From a virus (taxonomy: Duplodnaviria > Caudoviricetes), in the IMG/VR virus record IMGVR_UViG_3300021964_000051, positions 1,786 to 65,785 of that record: 64,000 nucleotides of DNA; one strand, 5' to 3'. The notes beneath the pieces are model-generated. The model ran no database searches, had not been told where the DNA came from, and saw only the letters and a list, made by a program, of their open reading frames with translations. Made by a program: the position numbers and the translations under genes. Positions 1-8,787 of this stretch are shown piece by piece (the first letter of the stretch is position 1; the number at the start of each line of letters is the position of its first letter).

Positions 1-1
1 T

Positions 2-241
2 CAAGTCGCTCATGCAACAATTATGTTTATGCAACAAACTTCATTTCGTATGCCCGAAGAATTGAAGACAACACTAAATGACTTCAACTTCCTTGAAGTT
101 TATTTAAATTGGGCAAACTCAGTATTAGAAGGAAATGATGAAAATGACATGGAAATTGATGACAAACTTATTGGAAGCGACGGATGGACGAACACCGACG
201 ATTCAGACAAAAATGATTTTAAGGGAAATGGAGAATTTTGA
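2..241 (+). CDS. hypothetical protein, 5'-truncated by the window edge
   Basis: The frame is open from position 2 through the tracked 23..241 ORF; its C-terminus overlaps the ligase start. Confidence 0.5.
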   Translation, partial: QVAHATIMFMQQTSFRMPEELKTTLNDFNFLEVYLNWANSVLEGNDENDMEIDDKLIGSDGWTNTDDSDKNDFKGNGEF

Positions 242-1670
242 TTCTCCCTATTTCTTTAAAATTCTAGCATTAGAATTGGACGCAAATAATATTGCAGAAA
301 AGAAAGCAGAAAAGTGGATGGCTAATATTTTGGGTGTCCATGACGAAGAAATGGAAACTTCGGCCTACATTTCAGACGATTTGGGAGAAGCAGTATTTAA
401 TATGCACATGGGGAAAGAAACTCTTCAAGAACATTCTCTTGAAGAAGTTTCTAATCTATTGCAAATAAATTGTGCAAAAATGGATTCGCCTGAATTTAGA
501 GCGATACGACTAGCCATAGGAAATATGTCTGCGCTTGAAAGAAAGTGGTTTATCAGATATTGGCTTAGGACTCCAAGAAACGGCATTTCAAAAGGAAATG
601 TTATTAAGATGGTTTCTAAGACATACAAGAAAAACCTTGCCGTGGTTAAGAAGCACACCAATTTTAATTCTATACAATCAACAGTAAGCCACTACGATGC
701 AAATAGTGAACCTCCTTGCAATTTAACATTTGGTAAGTTTATTGCTCCAATGTTAGCAAAAGAAGTGCCTATTTCTAGTTGGCCTAAAAAGTATATTGTT
801 GATTATAAATACGATGGAAACCGCTACCAAATCCATAAGAAAGAAGAAGCAGTTATGATTTTTAATAGAAAGGGGAAAGAAGTCACCGAAAAGTTTCCAG
901 ATGTAGTAGAATTAATTTCCAGATATAATGTAACTACGGCTATTTTTGATGGTGAAATCTATCCCGTAAATCCAGATGGTTCTCCGGCAGAACACAAAAA
1001 AATGGGGACGAGGGTTCATTCTAAGAATGTCATAGAAGCCGTTGAGCGTGTTCCTGTTGCGTGGGTCATGTTTGACTGTCTTCTATGGGAGAATGTAACT
1101 CTCATGGATTTGAGGTTCTCACAACGCTTAGAATATTTCAAGCATATGCCTAACCAAGCACATCGCTTAGAAGGTGGCGACATCATGGCTTTTTATGATA
1201 AGGCCATTAAAGAGGGCTTTGAGGGTATTATTATCAAAAACACTACTCTTCCTTATCACGCCGGAAAAAGAAGTATAGGTTGGGTAAAGTATAAGCCGCC
1301 ACTAATTGAATTAGATGTGGTAATTTTATCCGCAACCTATGGGACAGGAAAGAGAGCCAATGTTTTTGGCCGATTTGAAATTGGAGTTAAATCGGATAAT
1401 GGCTATGTATCTGTAGGATATGTAGGTAATGGATTAGCCGACTATCAGTTTGATTTGTTAACCAAAACATTGAAAACAAAGGTAAAGCACTACAAGGATA
1501 GAATTTATACTTTTATTCCTGAGATTGTTTTAGAAGTCCGAGCAGACTTAATTAGCCAAGATGCACAGGGAAACATTGGTCTACGGTTTCCCAGAATTAA
1601 ACGAATTAGAGATGATAAATTCGTTGAAGATATAGACACAATAAAAACAGTAATGGAGAAATTAGCATGA
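135..1670 (+). CDS. lig: ATP-dependent DNA ligase
   Basis: Motif I KYDGNR, motif III FDGEI, IIIa MFDCL, IV EGIIIK, V WVKYK and VI LRFPRI..IRDDK, plus an N-terminal DNA-binding domain. The true start may be MTWKL, slightly downstream. Confidence 0.95.
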   Translation: MMKMTWKLMTNLLEATDGRTPTIQTKMILREMENFDSPYFFKILALELDANNIAEKKAEKWMANILGVHDEEMETSAYISDDLGEAVFNMHMGKETLQEHSLEEVSNLLQINCAKMDSPEFRAIRLAIGNMSALERKWFIRYWLRTPRNGISKGNVIKMVSKTYKKNLAVVKKHTNFNSIQSTVSHYDANSEPPCNLTFGKFIAPMLAKEVPISSWPKKYIVDYKYDGNRYQIHKKEEAVMIFNRKGKEVTEKFPDVVELISRYNVTTAIFDGEIYPVNPDGSPAEHKKMGTRVHSKNVIEAVERVPVAWVMFDCLLWENVTLMDLRFSQRLEYFKHMPNQAHRLEGGDIMAFYDKAIKEGFEGIIIKNTTLPYHAGKRSIGWVKYKPPLIELDVVILSATYGTGKRANVFGRFEIGVKSDNGYVSVGYVGNGLADYQFDLLTKTLKTKVKHYKDRIYTFIPEIVLEVRADLISQDAQGNIGLRFPRIKRIRDDKFVEDIDTIKTVMEKLA

Positions 1671-2044
1671 CATGGAAACCACATTATATTGCAGACTCAG
1701 CAGGGAAAGTTAGAAGAATATCTGAATTGAGTCTTAAACAAACAGGAACGGCTATCGGACATATTTACAAAGAATTTCATTGTCGGCATCGGCAACTTAT
1801 TTTTCTACATGACCGATTGTGGACTCTTAGGAAAGAGGAAGACCCCCATGTTCTTAAAACAAACACGGAATTGAAAATTGCTGAACAGTTTAAACTTAAA
1901 GAAAATCAAGAGATTATCAGAAATATGTCAGACGAAAACATTCGGCTCAAGACAATTATTTCTTTTTGTTTGCAAAATTTAGATAACATTCCTGTCGTGG
2001 AAGCCATGTTGAAAAATGCGTTTGGAGAGGTTAAAAATGATTAA
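1667..2044 (+). CDS. hypothetical protein
   Basis: 125-aa ORF coupled to the ligase by an ATGA overlap. Confidence 0.7.
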   Translation: MTWKPHYIADSAGKVRRISELSLKQTGTAIGHIYKEFHCRHRQLIFLHDRLWTLRKEEDPHVLKTNTELKIAEQFKLKENQEIIRNMSDENIRLKTIISFCLQNLDNIPVVEAMLKNAFGEVKND

Positions 2045-2504
2045 AAAAGGAGAATTAACAGTTATTGACTTTGTGACATATACTTGCTTAAAGGTTGAAG
2101 ATGGTAAAGCATATCTTAAAGATATTACTTCTACACAAGGAAGGCCAAAAATCATGGATGCGAGGTATGTTCCTTATTTTACCGTAGATGGTTTAGTTAC
2201 ACCAGAAAAGCCCGAACCTAAGCAAGTGAAAATTTCTACCAAACTTAACTTGAGAAAACTTATTAAGGGAGAGATTGACCTACCTGTTACGAATGACGCT
2301 ATTCGCTTCTTATCTGAATGGGCGGAAACAGCCATTTGTCAAATGATTTCATGGGCGGAAGAAAATGCTACAAGGCTAGGCCACGACAAAATTACTGCGG
2401 CTCATATTTATTGGTGGAGTTTGCATCCAAATCAAACAACTGAAGGTTTTTGGTCTGAACAAAAAAATTATTCAAGCAGGGTTCGTTATGAAAGAAATGA
2501 CTGA
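2037..2504 (+). CDS. histone-fold protein with an N-terminal beta-rich extension
   Basis: LRKLIK..VTNDAIRFLSEWAETAICQMISWAEENATRLGHDKITAAHI follows the archaeal HMf pattern RII K..VS.DA...L....A..A.R.TI...DI. ATG at 2037 follows GAGG. Confidence 0.7.
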   Translation: MIKKGELTVIDFVTYTCLKVEDGKAYLKDITSTQGRPKIMDARYVPYFTVDGLVTPEKPEPKQVKISTKLNLRKLIKGEIDLPVTNDAIRFLSEWAETAICQMISWAEENATRLGHDKITAAHIYWWSLHPNQTTEGFWSEQKNYSSRVRYERND

Positions 2505-2838
2505 CTTCTTAGAAAAACATGGTGATTCTACCATTCTTTCTTGTAAGACCTTTTCTAACATAGGGGATGCCGACCTACTGATTCTTAAAACTGGAATTTC
2601 CCTACAACTTACTGCGCTTACGAGTAAAAAAGAATTTCTATTTATTGTTGAAGAAGTGGACGAAGAAATGGCTGAATTAATGCAAGATTATAAGGGCTTT
2701 ATTATTAATGTGGTTATTCCTTGCATATTAGACGATGAAGATGCTTTGGCTATGCTAAGGGAGTTTTCTTACGGTTTAAACTTTTTAAAATTAAAACATG
2801 ATGTTATAGGGTATAAGGTTGTGGAAAATAATGTATAG
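2488..2838 (+). CDS. hypothetical protein
   Basis: 116-aa ORF overlapping both neighbours in the operon. Confidence 0.7.
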   Translation: MKEMTDFLEKHGDSTILSCKTFSNIGDADLLILKTGISLQLTALTSKKEFLFIVEEVDEEMAELMQDYKGFIINVVIPCILDDEDALAMLREFSYGLNFLKLKHDVIGYKVVENNV

Positions 2839-3229
2839 TGAAGACATGTTGGTAGGGATTTTAATTTCTCTTGGTAGGACAGATGTTTTAATTGAAAGGA
2901 AGGAAAGTGCTTCTCTTGGGTATAGAGTTAGATTGAGATTATCTATACGAGGAGAAATGGATTTTTTAGAAGCAATTCATAGAACTTTATTTCAGCATGA
3001 GATTAAGTCTTCAATTTCTGATAAGGAGTCGGGAGGTAGGCCTAAGCCTATTCTTCGCATTGGTGGTAATCTTAACTTATACAAAACTATGGCTTTGATT
3101 CCACCATTCCTTCCGGACTGTAAAAATAACTTGAGTCTCTTCAGACAAATTGTAGAATTAGTAGCAAATAAAGAACATCTTCAACTTGAAGGCTTCAATA
3201 AAATATTAGAATTAAAGGGGCTAATTTAA
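2831..3229 (+). CDS. single-motif LAGLIDADG endonuclease-fold protein, probably catalytically degenerate
   Basis: LVGILISLG occupies the LAGLIDADG position. The ORF also has the GYRVRLRLSI strand and the typical C-terminal HLQLEGFNKILELK of I-CreI-like proteins. Confidence 0.7.
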   Translation: MYSEDMLVGILISLGRTDVLIERKESASLGYRVRLRLSIRGEMDFLEAIHRTLFQHEIKSSISDKESGGRPKPILRIGGNLNLYKTMALIPPFLPDCKNNLSLFRQIVELVANKEHLQLEGFNKILELKGLI

Positions 3230-4080
3230 TGGGATTTACAAATCTAAATAAAACAAGACCAATATTGATAACAGGAAAATCGGGAACAGGAAAAAGCACA
3301 AAGGCACTTACATTTGTAAATGACCCTGTTATCACATATGCTAACGAAATGGACATTGATGATTGGCGTTCTGTTCCTATTGATAGTGGGATTATTATTG
3401 AGGATGTTCACTTCAAACCTAAAAAAGAAACTATTCTAACTATTCTTAGAAGGTATAGGGGTCAAGTGGTCTTGACTTCTATTAATGAAAAGAGCGTCCC
3501 CAAAGAAATTAAATCAATGTGTCAAATAAAGAGAGCAGGGTCTAAACAATGGACTCAGTTACAGATAAAAGAAATTGCTCCCCGTTCAGATAGCCCGCTA
3601 AATACTGAAATAGATACATATTCTTTAGTGATGCAGTTTCTCAAAGAAACTGATAGAGAACTAATGGTAGAATTATTGAAGGTAAATAAACCAGCAGATG
3701 TCCAAATTTTAACTTGGTTGAATGAAAACATGCACCCCAACAAATTAATTTTTGTTGATGGCGTGGTAAAGAGAAGATGGGGACAAGATTATTTTTATGA
3801 GATGCTAGCATATTCTCATTCCGGTAATTCTTATGGAAGATTGAATATGCCCAAACGGGGAACCTATTCTAAAATTCCTTCTCTATTGAGAAGGCTAGGT
3901 ATCAAGAATGCTGATTTGCGTATTTTTAAACAAATGAAAAAAGACGAAGCGTTTGTCAAATATGCTAAAACAAAATTAAATAACAGCGATTGCAGGATTC
4001 TTGGTTTAGGCGAAAAGAAACGCCGTAAGAAAACAGACCCAATCGTTGTGAAACAAAATTCGCTGGAGGAATACATTTGA
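3229..4080 (+). CDS. replication factor C large subunit-like clamp-loader ATPase
   Basis: Walker A GKSGTGKS, degenerate Walker B IIIEDV and a C-terminal PIP-box-like QNSLEEYI; lies near RFC small. Confidence 0.65.
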   Translation: MGFTNLNKTRPILITGKSGTGKSTKALTFVNDPVITYANEMDIDDWRSVPIDSGIIIEDVHFKPKKETILTILRRYRGQVVLTSINEKSVPKEIKSMCQIKRAGSKQWTQLQIKEIAPRSDSPLNTEIDTYSLVMQFLKETDRELMVELLKVNKPADVQILTWLNENMHPNKLIFVDGVVKRRWGQDYFYEMLAYSHSGNSYGRLNMPKRGTYSKIPSLLRRLGIKNADLRIFKQMKKDEAFVKYAKTKLNNSDCRILGLGEKKRRKKTDPIVVKQNSLEEYI

Positions 4081-4319
4081 GAAATGTTAGAATTATTGAA
4101 AAAATAGAAGAAATTTTAAACGGGGAAACTATGACGACGGCTCGTATTTATGATAAACTTCAAGATGCAAAAGCCAAGGTTAAGGGAACAAGAGAGAAAA
4201 GATGGAAACATACGCCGTCAAAAGGGCAGGTCAAAAATATATTGTCTTCCTATTCTCAGTTTAAAAGAGTAAATGATGGCTCTCCTGCTATTTGGACTTA
4301 TGAAAATGAAGAGGAATAA
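4077..4319 (+). CDS. small basic winged-helix-like protein
   Basis: 80 aa; shares LNG..(M/L)T and AIWT with the next ORF. Confidence 0.55.
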   Translation: MRNVRIIEKIEEILNGETMTTARIYDKLQDAKAKVKGTREKRWKHTPSKGQVKNILSSYSQFKRVNDGSPAIWTYENEEE

Positions 4320-4321
4320 CT

Positions 4322-4537
4322 ATGGGAATAAGATTAAAAAACAAACTAAAAACTGTTTTGAACGGTAAAGAATTAACTGTTCAAGATATAATGATAGAAT
4401 TGAAAAAGGAAGACAGAAGAAAATATTCCTTTACAAGTAATTCTATTGCTCAGACTCTTACCAAAAAGAAAGAGTTTGTAAAATGCGGCTTTGATTCTAA
4501 GAGACAAGTTGCAATATGGACTATAAGTGGTGAATAA
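4322..4537 (+). CDS. small basic winged-helix-like protein (paralog of 4077..4319)
   Basis: 71 aa; LNGKELTVQDI...AIWT. Confidence 0.55.
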   Translation: MGIRLKNKLKTVLNGKELTVQDIMIELKKEDRRKYSFTSNSIAQTLTKKKEFVKCGFDSKRQVAIWTISGE

Positions 4538-4539
4538 AA

Positions 4540-5454
4540 ATGCTATGGACAGAAAAATACAGACCTAAACAATTGAGCCAAATTGTCGGACAAGAACACT
4601 TTACAATGGATGCAGTTAATTGGGTAGAAGAAAATAATATGCCTAATATTTTATTGTATGGTAATGCTGGCTTAGGTAAAACTGCGGCGGCAATCGCTTT
4701 AGCAAAATCAATGTTAGGAGAATCTTTTGAAGATAACTTCTATGAATTGAATGCTTCTGATGATAGACGATTAGAAACGGTGAGGACTACAATTAAAGAA
4801 ATTGCTCAAGCAAAAACTTTGGGAGGAATGCCGTTTAGGATTCTTCTTCTTGATGAAATGGGCGGCATGACAAAGGATGCTCAAAATTCTTTGAAGCGCA
4901 TTATGGAAAGATATGCAGGTAATATTAGATTTATTATTACTTGCAACGATAGGAATAAAATTATTTTTCCTCTCCAAAGCCGGTGTGCTAATTATCGTTT
5001 CAAGCCTTTGGCTAATGAAGTCATTTTAGAAGTATTGCAATCAATCATTCAAAAAGAAGGTTTGAGAACATTTGACGATGATGAATTGTCGTCTTTTATA
5101 TATGACTTAAACGGTGACTTGCGTAGGGCGATTACTGAATTACAGGCGGCGAAAGCCTCTAACTTCACATTGTCTAAGCAAATAGAAGAATCAAATAAAG
5201 AATACATAGAAATACTAAACCACCTACAAGAACGCAATTCCAACAAAGCCTTAACTATCCTCCATCAAATGATTTATGATGGCCGTTCAGTTAAGGAGAT
5301 ATGTAACGGATTGCACAATTCTTTGCTTAATATGCAAGGATTAGAAGTGGGAATCAAATTTAAATATCTTAGAGTTATAGGAGAAACAGAATGGCGTTCC
5401 CCAACAATGACACCAAGAATTATTTTATCTTGGATGGTCGGTCAATTAATTTGA
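4540..5454 (+). CDS. rfcS: replication factor C small subunit
   Basis: LWTEKYRP, Walker A GNAGLGKT, ELNASD, Walker B LLDE, SRC motif (LQSRC) and GDLR. Confidence 0.95.
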   Translation: MLWTEKYRPKQLSQIVGQEHFTMDAVNWVEENNMPNILLYGNAGLGKTAAAIALAKSMLGESFEDNFYELNASDDRRLETVRTTIKEIAQAKTLGGMPFRILLLDEMGGMTKDAQNSLKRIMERYAGNIRFIITCNDRNKIIFPLQSRCANYRFKPLANEVILEVLQSIIQKEGLRTFDDDELSSFIYDLNGDLRRAITELQAAKASNFTLSKQIEESNKEYIEILNHLQERNSNKALTILHQMIYDGRSVKEICNGLHNSLLNMQGLEVGIKFKYLRVIGETEWRSPTMTPRIILSWMVGQLI

Positions 5455-5457
5455 CGG

Positions 5458-5486
5458 GAAAAACAAAAAACAAAAAACAAAAAAAA
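5458..5486 (+). repeat. A-rich (A5-8C)n tract upstream of the ssDNA-binding protein gene
   Basis: The intergenic gap reads gaaaaacaaaaaacaaaaaacaaaaaaaa. Confidence 0.8.
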
Positions 5487-5499
5487 GGAAGTGTAATAC

Positions 5500-6708
5500 A
5501 TGGACGAAAAAATTAAGAACGAAATTGAAAAGAGTTTGCAATACTTGGGAATTGCTTTTGATGATGCTTATCAAAAGTTTTTGAGTATTTGTGAAGAAAA
5601 CAATGTGGAAGAAACTGACCCATCAGCAATCGGTTGTTGGAGAAGTTATGTTTCACAAGGAATTAGAGCCAATAAGCGAGGTGGCGAAAGCAAGAGCAAT
5701 AATCTGACAAAACAATGTTTTGGTGCTTTTATTGCTCTTGAAGCCCCAAGAGATACGATGGCTTGGAACAGAACGAAAGCAAAAGAGGAATATATTCGTG
5801 ATGCGGATAAAGCCCTTGAAGAAGGAATTGTAGCCTTGGCGACTCAAAACGCTTTGGGTAAGTGGACAGTTTCTCGCTATTTCAAGGGAGATTATCAAGA
5901 AAAGGTTGTTTCCGAATTGCCCGAAGGTGCTGAAGAAGTGGAAGATGCGATGATTATTCCTCTTGACACGACTGAACGCTATATGAATGGTGGTGAAAAT
6001 CGTAACTTTGGAAAGCCTTTGCCCGCTCAACAAATGCGCCGTAGTGGTATTTTCTATGGTTCAGTTGAAGGCGAAGACTTTTATGTTTATCAGTTTTCTT
6101 ATAAAAATCAAGGAGGCGTAGATTTTCAACCAAATACTTTTGATTGGGTGCATTTTACTGCTATTCCTAGTGAAGACGGCAATAACATTTACGGTATGAC
6201 AGATGTTACCTTGAAGACATTAATTGCAAATGACGATTTAGACCCTGAAAATTCGGCCTATCGTAACATGGGCCATTTTAATTTTCAAGACCTCTTGGTT
6301 GAGTCATTCAACGAAAATGTTTGTGCCTTGGTTGATATTGACCGAAAGCATATCCAAATGCAAACTTTGCCTTCAAGCCAAAGATTTGTTGTAACTGATG
6401 GAACGGTCTGCAATATGAATATGACTCCGACTTCAAACGGAAACCGTATTCTTAATATTACTGACCTCAATGCGGAGTTTGATTATGAAAACGAAGCAGG
6501 TATGGTTACATGTTGGATTCCCGAACATTTGAATATTGACTTTGGAATTGGTTCAAACATTATTGTGATTGGTCGCACATCTCAAAGAATTGTTGATGGT
6601 GAAGCAGACCCCGTTACAATCAATGTTTCTTCAATTCTAGTTACAGAGAAGAAGGGTTCTCCTATTGAGTCGGCTCAACCTGTGGAGGAAAACTACGATT
6701 GGTTCTGA
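5500..6708 (+). CDS. probable single-stranded DNA-binding (RPA/OB-fold) protein
   Basis: OB-like C-terminal region (GTVCNM..ILNITD..VTCW..FGIGSNIIVIG), an acidic/aromatic tail EENYDWF, and position in the replisome cluster. Confidence 0.55.
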   Translation: MDEKIKNEIEKSLQYLGIAFDDAYQKFLSICEENNVEETDPSAIGCWRSYVSQGIRANKRGGESKSNNLTKQCFGAFIALEAPRDTMAWNRTKAKEEYIRDADKALEEGIVALATQNALGKWTVSRYFKGDYQEKVVSELPEGAEEVEDAMIIPLDTTERYMNGGENRNFGKPLPAQQMRRSGIFYGSVEGEDFYVYQFSYKNQGGVDFQPNTFDWVHFTAIPSEDGNNIYGMTDVTLKTLIANDDLDPENSAYRNMGHFNFQDLLVESFNENVCALVDIDRKHIQMQTLPSSQRFVVTDGTVCNMNMTPTSNGNRILNITDLNAEFDYENEAGMVTCWIPEHLNIDFGIGSNIIVIGRTSQRIVDGEADPVTINVSSILVTEKKGSPIESAQPVEENYDWF

Positions 6709-6715
6709 TTTGATT

Positions 6716-6777
6716 ACCTTTCGGGGTTAGTGTAGGCGTTGGCGAAATGACGCTCGGTAAAGGTGCGAAGCCTATAC
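6716..6777 (+). other. GC-rich intergenic element with RNA secondary-structure potential
   Basis: Hairpin ACCT-TTCG-GGGT, then an 8-bp stem GTGTAGGC/GCCTATAC (one G-U pair) enclosing two smaller potential stems. Confidence 0.4.
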
Positions 6778-6787
6778 AGGTGATATT

Positions 6788-7234
6788 ATGATAATTAAAG
6801 ATAAATTTATTGAAACAAGAAGAGCATTTGCTCCTTTGAACGGTATATCTCATATCTCTTGGTCGCATCATCAAGACGGAGAATATGATGTTAAATTACA
6901 TTTAGGAAATGACCGAATCATTCAAAGGATGAACAAAGAAGAATTAGACGAATTAATTCTAGAATTTAAGTCTGTGGATAGAAGTAACATTAATCCCGAT
7001 AGGCCAATTCTACAAGATTCTATCGGAAAACTATACATGGAGAATGGTTTTTTAGAACATTCTCGTAAATGGTCTGTGGACTTAACAGAAGTAGAATTTA
7101 TTTCGTATAAACAGAATGAAGAAAATTTTACATATTTTGTTAAACTTCACATTATGACTAAGGAAGTGCGTATTTATTTAGATACGATAGAAGAAGTTGA
7201 GCAATTAATTCAAATTTGGAAACAATATAGGTGA
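6788..7234 (+). CDS. hypothetical protein made of two tandem similar domains
   Basis: FIE..R...L..I.HIS...Y.VKLHL recurs as FLE.SR...L..VEFIS...Y.VKLHI. Confidence 0.7.
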   Translation: MIIKDKFIETRRAFAPLNGISHISWSHHQDGEYDVKLHLGNDRIIQRMNKEELDELILEFKSVDRSNINPDRPILQDSIGKLYMENGFLEHSRKWSVDLTEVEFISYKQNEENFTYFVKLHIMTKEVRIYLDTIEEVEQLIQIWKQYR

Positions 7235-7239
7235 TAAAA

Positions 7240-8049
7240 ATGGGACTAGCAGATAAAAAAGGAAATGCAAATACAATGGACTTTGGGGCAAAACAAGAAG
7301 AATTTAATAATCGCTTTCGGGCGTTGATGGAAGAGAAAAGAAAGAACCGTAAATCTCGTCTTGTTCTTGGTCTTTGGGGAGAACCGAAAACTGGAAAGAC
7401 GGGGATTGCTCTTGATTTTCCCGACAGAAAGATTTATGTTCTTGATTGGGATAGCGGCGTGGAATCTACATGGATTGAATGTCATGATGCAACAGAGCGA
7501 ATTGAAGTTTTTGACCCCATCGTTCAAGATAAAGATAACAAAATTGATATTACTGTTTCGGAAAACAATTCACATGATTTTATCCGGTATGTTCGTGGTA
7601 AAATTGAAGAGGGAGAAAATCCTATCTTTGTCATGGATGGAGTAGATACATGGTTTGATAAGTGCATTTATAAGGTTAATCCTAATCCAACGACAGTAAC
7701 GAAAATGATGCCCTTTCAGTATGGTGCTAGGAATAAAACCTTTTATCATTTGCTTGAGGCAATTTTTCAATTGAAGTGCGATGTTATCTATATTACTCAC
7801 GAAACTGAAAAATATGTAGATAATACTCCTGCTGGTATTCAGCCAGCATGGAAAGATTGGGGCGGTAAATTGGAACAAGAGATTTATTGTTCTAAAAAGA
7901 AAATCAAGGGCGAGATTCATTTTATTGCTGAATTGATTGGTTCAAGGACTCACGGAAATAAAGTCGGAACTCGCTGGACTGTTCGTGAAGGAACGCCACC
8001 TAATATCGTTTGGAACGGTATTCCCGATTTGCAGGAGGGTAAGATTTGA
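7240..8049 (+). CDS. Sak4/RecA-like (AAA_24-type) P-loop ATPase, probable recombinase
   Basis: Walker A GEPKTGKT, VLDWDSG, Walker B FVMDGV and YITHE. Confidence 0.75.
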   Translation: MGLADKKGNANTMDFGAKQEEFNNRFRALMEEKRKNRKSRLVLGLWGEPKTGKTGIALDFPDRKIYVLDWDSGVESTWIECHDATERIEVFDPIVQDKDNKIDITVSENNSHDFIRYVRGKIEEGENPIFVMDGVDTWFDKCIYKVNPNPTTVTKMMPFQYGARNKTFYHLLEAIFQLKCDVIYITHETEKYVDNTPAGIQPAWKDWGGKLEQEIYCSKKKIKGEIHFIAELIGSRTHGNKVGTRWTVREGTPPNIVWNGIPDLQEGKI

Positions 8050-8786
8050 CTGTTAAATATAAATTAGTGGAAATTAAACCTACCGATAAGGTTTCTTTTC
8101 TAAAAGGAAATAGAGAAGTAAATGAAAAAATGGTAGGAAAAATTATGAAGAGCATGGCCGAATACGGCATTCTAACTTGTATTACCGCAACAAAATATAA
8201 TGGGAGATATTTCATTATTGACGGCCAGCACCGCTTTAGTGCGGCTAAAAAATTAGGGGCGAGTATTCCTGCTATTATTATCCCAAGACAAGCAATCAAT
8301 GTTATTGTTGATTTAAATACAATCCAAAAGAATTGGGGATTGGATGATTATGCTGACTTTTTTGCTTCAAATGACGATAAAGACTTAGCCCTACCCTACG
8401 CCACGCTTAAGCAAATTAGAGAACAAACTGGATTAAACTATACTGCGTTAGTCAAAATATACAGCACAGTAAGCATGGCTAAGTTTAAGCGAGGAGAATT
8501 AGTTCTTGATAGTTTTGATTTTGCAGAAAGATTTATGGGTTATCTTATGGATATTTCGGATTATGTTCCGTTCTTTAATAATGCTAGATTCATTCTTGGA
8601 TATATTCATATTGCGAAGCATGAGCAATATAGCCACGAAAGAATGATGGCGAAGTTGAAGTTGAACGATAAGAAGAAAAAATATCTTTTGGACGGAGAAT
8701 CAAAACCGACTTCTTATGGTCGCCTAATGCAAGACATCTATAATATGCATCAAAAGAACGATTTGGTTATGTTTAGGAAGTGGTGA
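8046..8786 (+). CDS. ParB/Srx-like N-terminal domain protein
   Basis: GNRE..., IIDGQHR and LNTIQKNW motifs; TTG start overlapping the upstream stop. Confidence 0.75.
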   Translation: MTVKYKLVEIKPTDKVSFLKGNREVNEKMVGKIMKSMAEYGILTCITATKYNGRYFIIDGQHRFSAAKKLGASIPAIIIPRQAINVIVDLNTIQKNWGLDDYADFFASNDDKDLALPYATLKQIREQTGLNYTALVKIYSTVSMAKFKRGELVLDSFDFAERFMGYLMDISDYVPFFNNARFILGYIHIAKHEQYSHERMMAKLKLNDKKKKYLLDGESKPTSYGRLMQDIYNMHQKNDLVMFRKW

Positions 8787-8787
8787 A

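Noticed and set aside
135-2044. MTWK starts of the ligase and the next ORF as members of the WxxILK leader family
   Set aside because: They lack the (I/L)(L/I)K part (WKLMTN, WKPHYI) and lie in the early arm.
6716-6777. tRNA or hammerhead ribozyme
   Set aside because: No T-loop or anticodon-arm geometry and no CUGAUGA core; kept only as a generic structured element.
8046-8786. DGQHR motif as a DndB/phosphorothioation system
   Set aside because: No other dnd genes are present; the protein fits the ParB-like domain proteins common in viruses.
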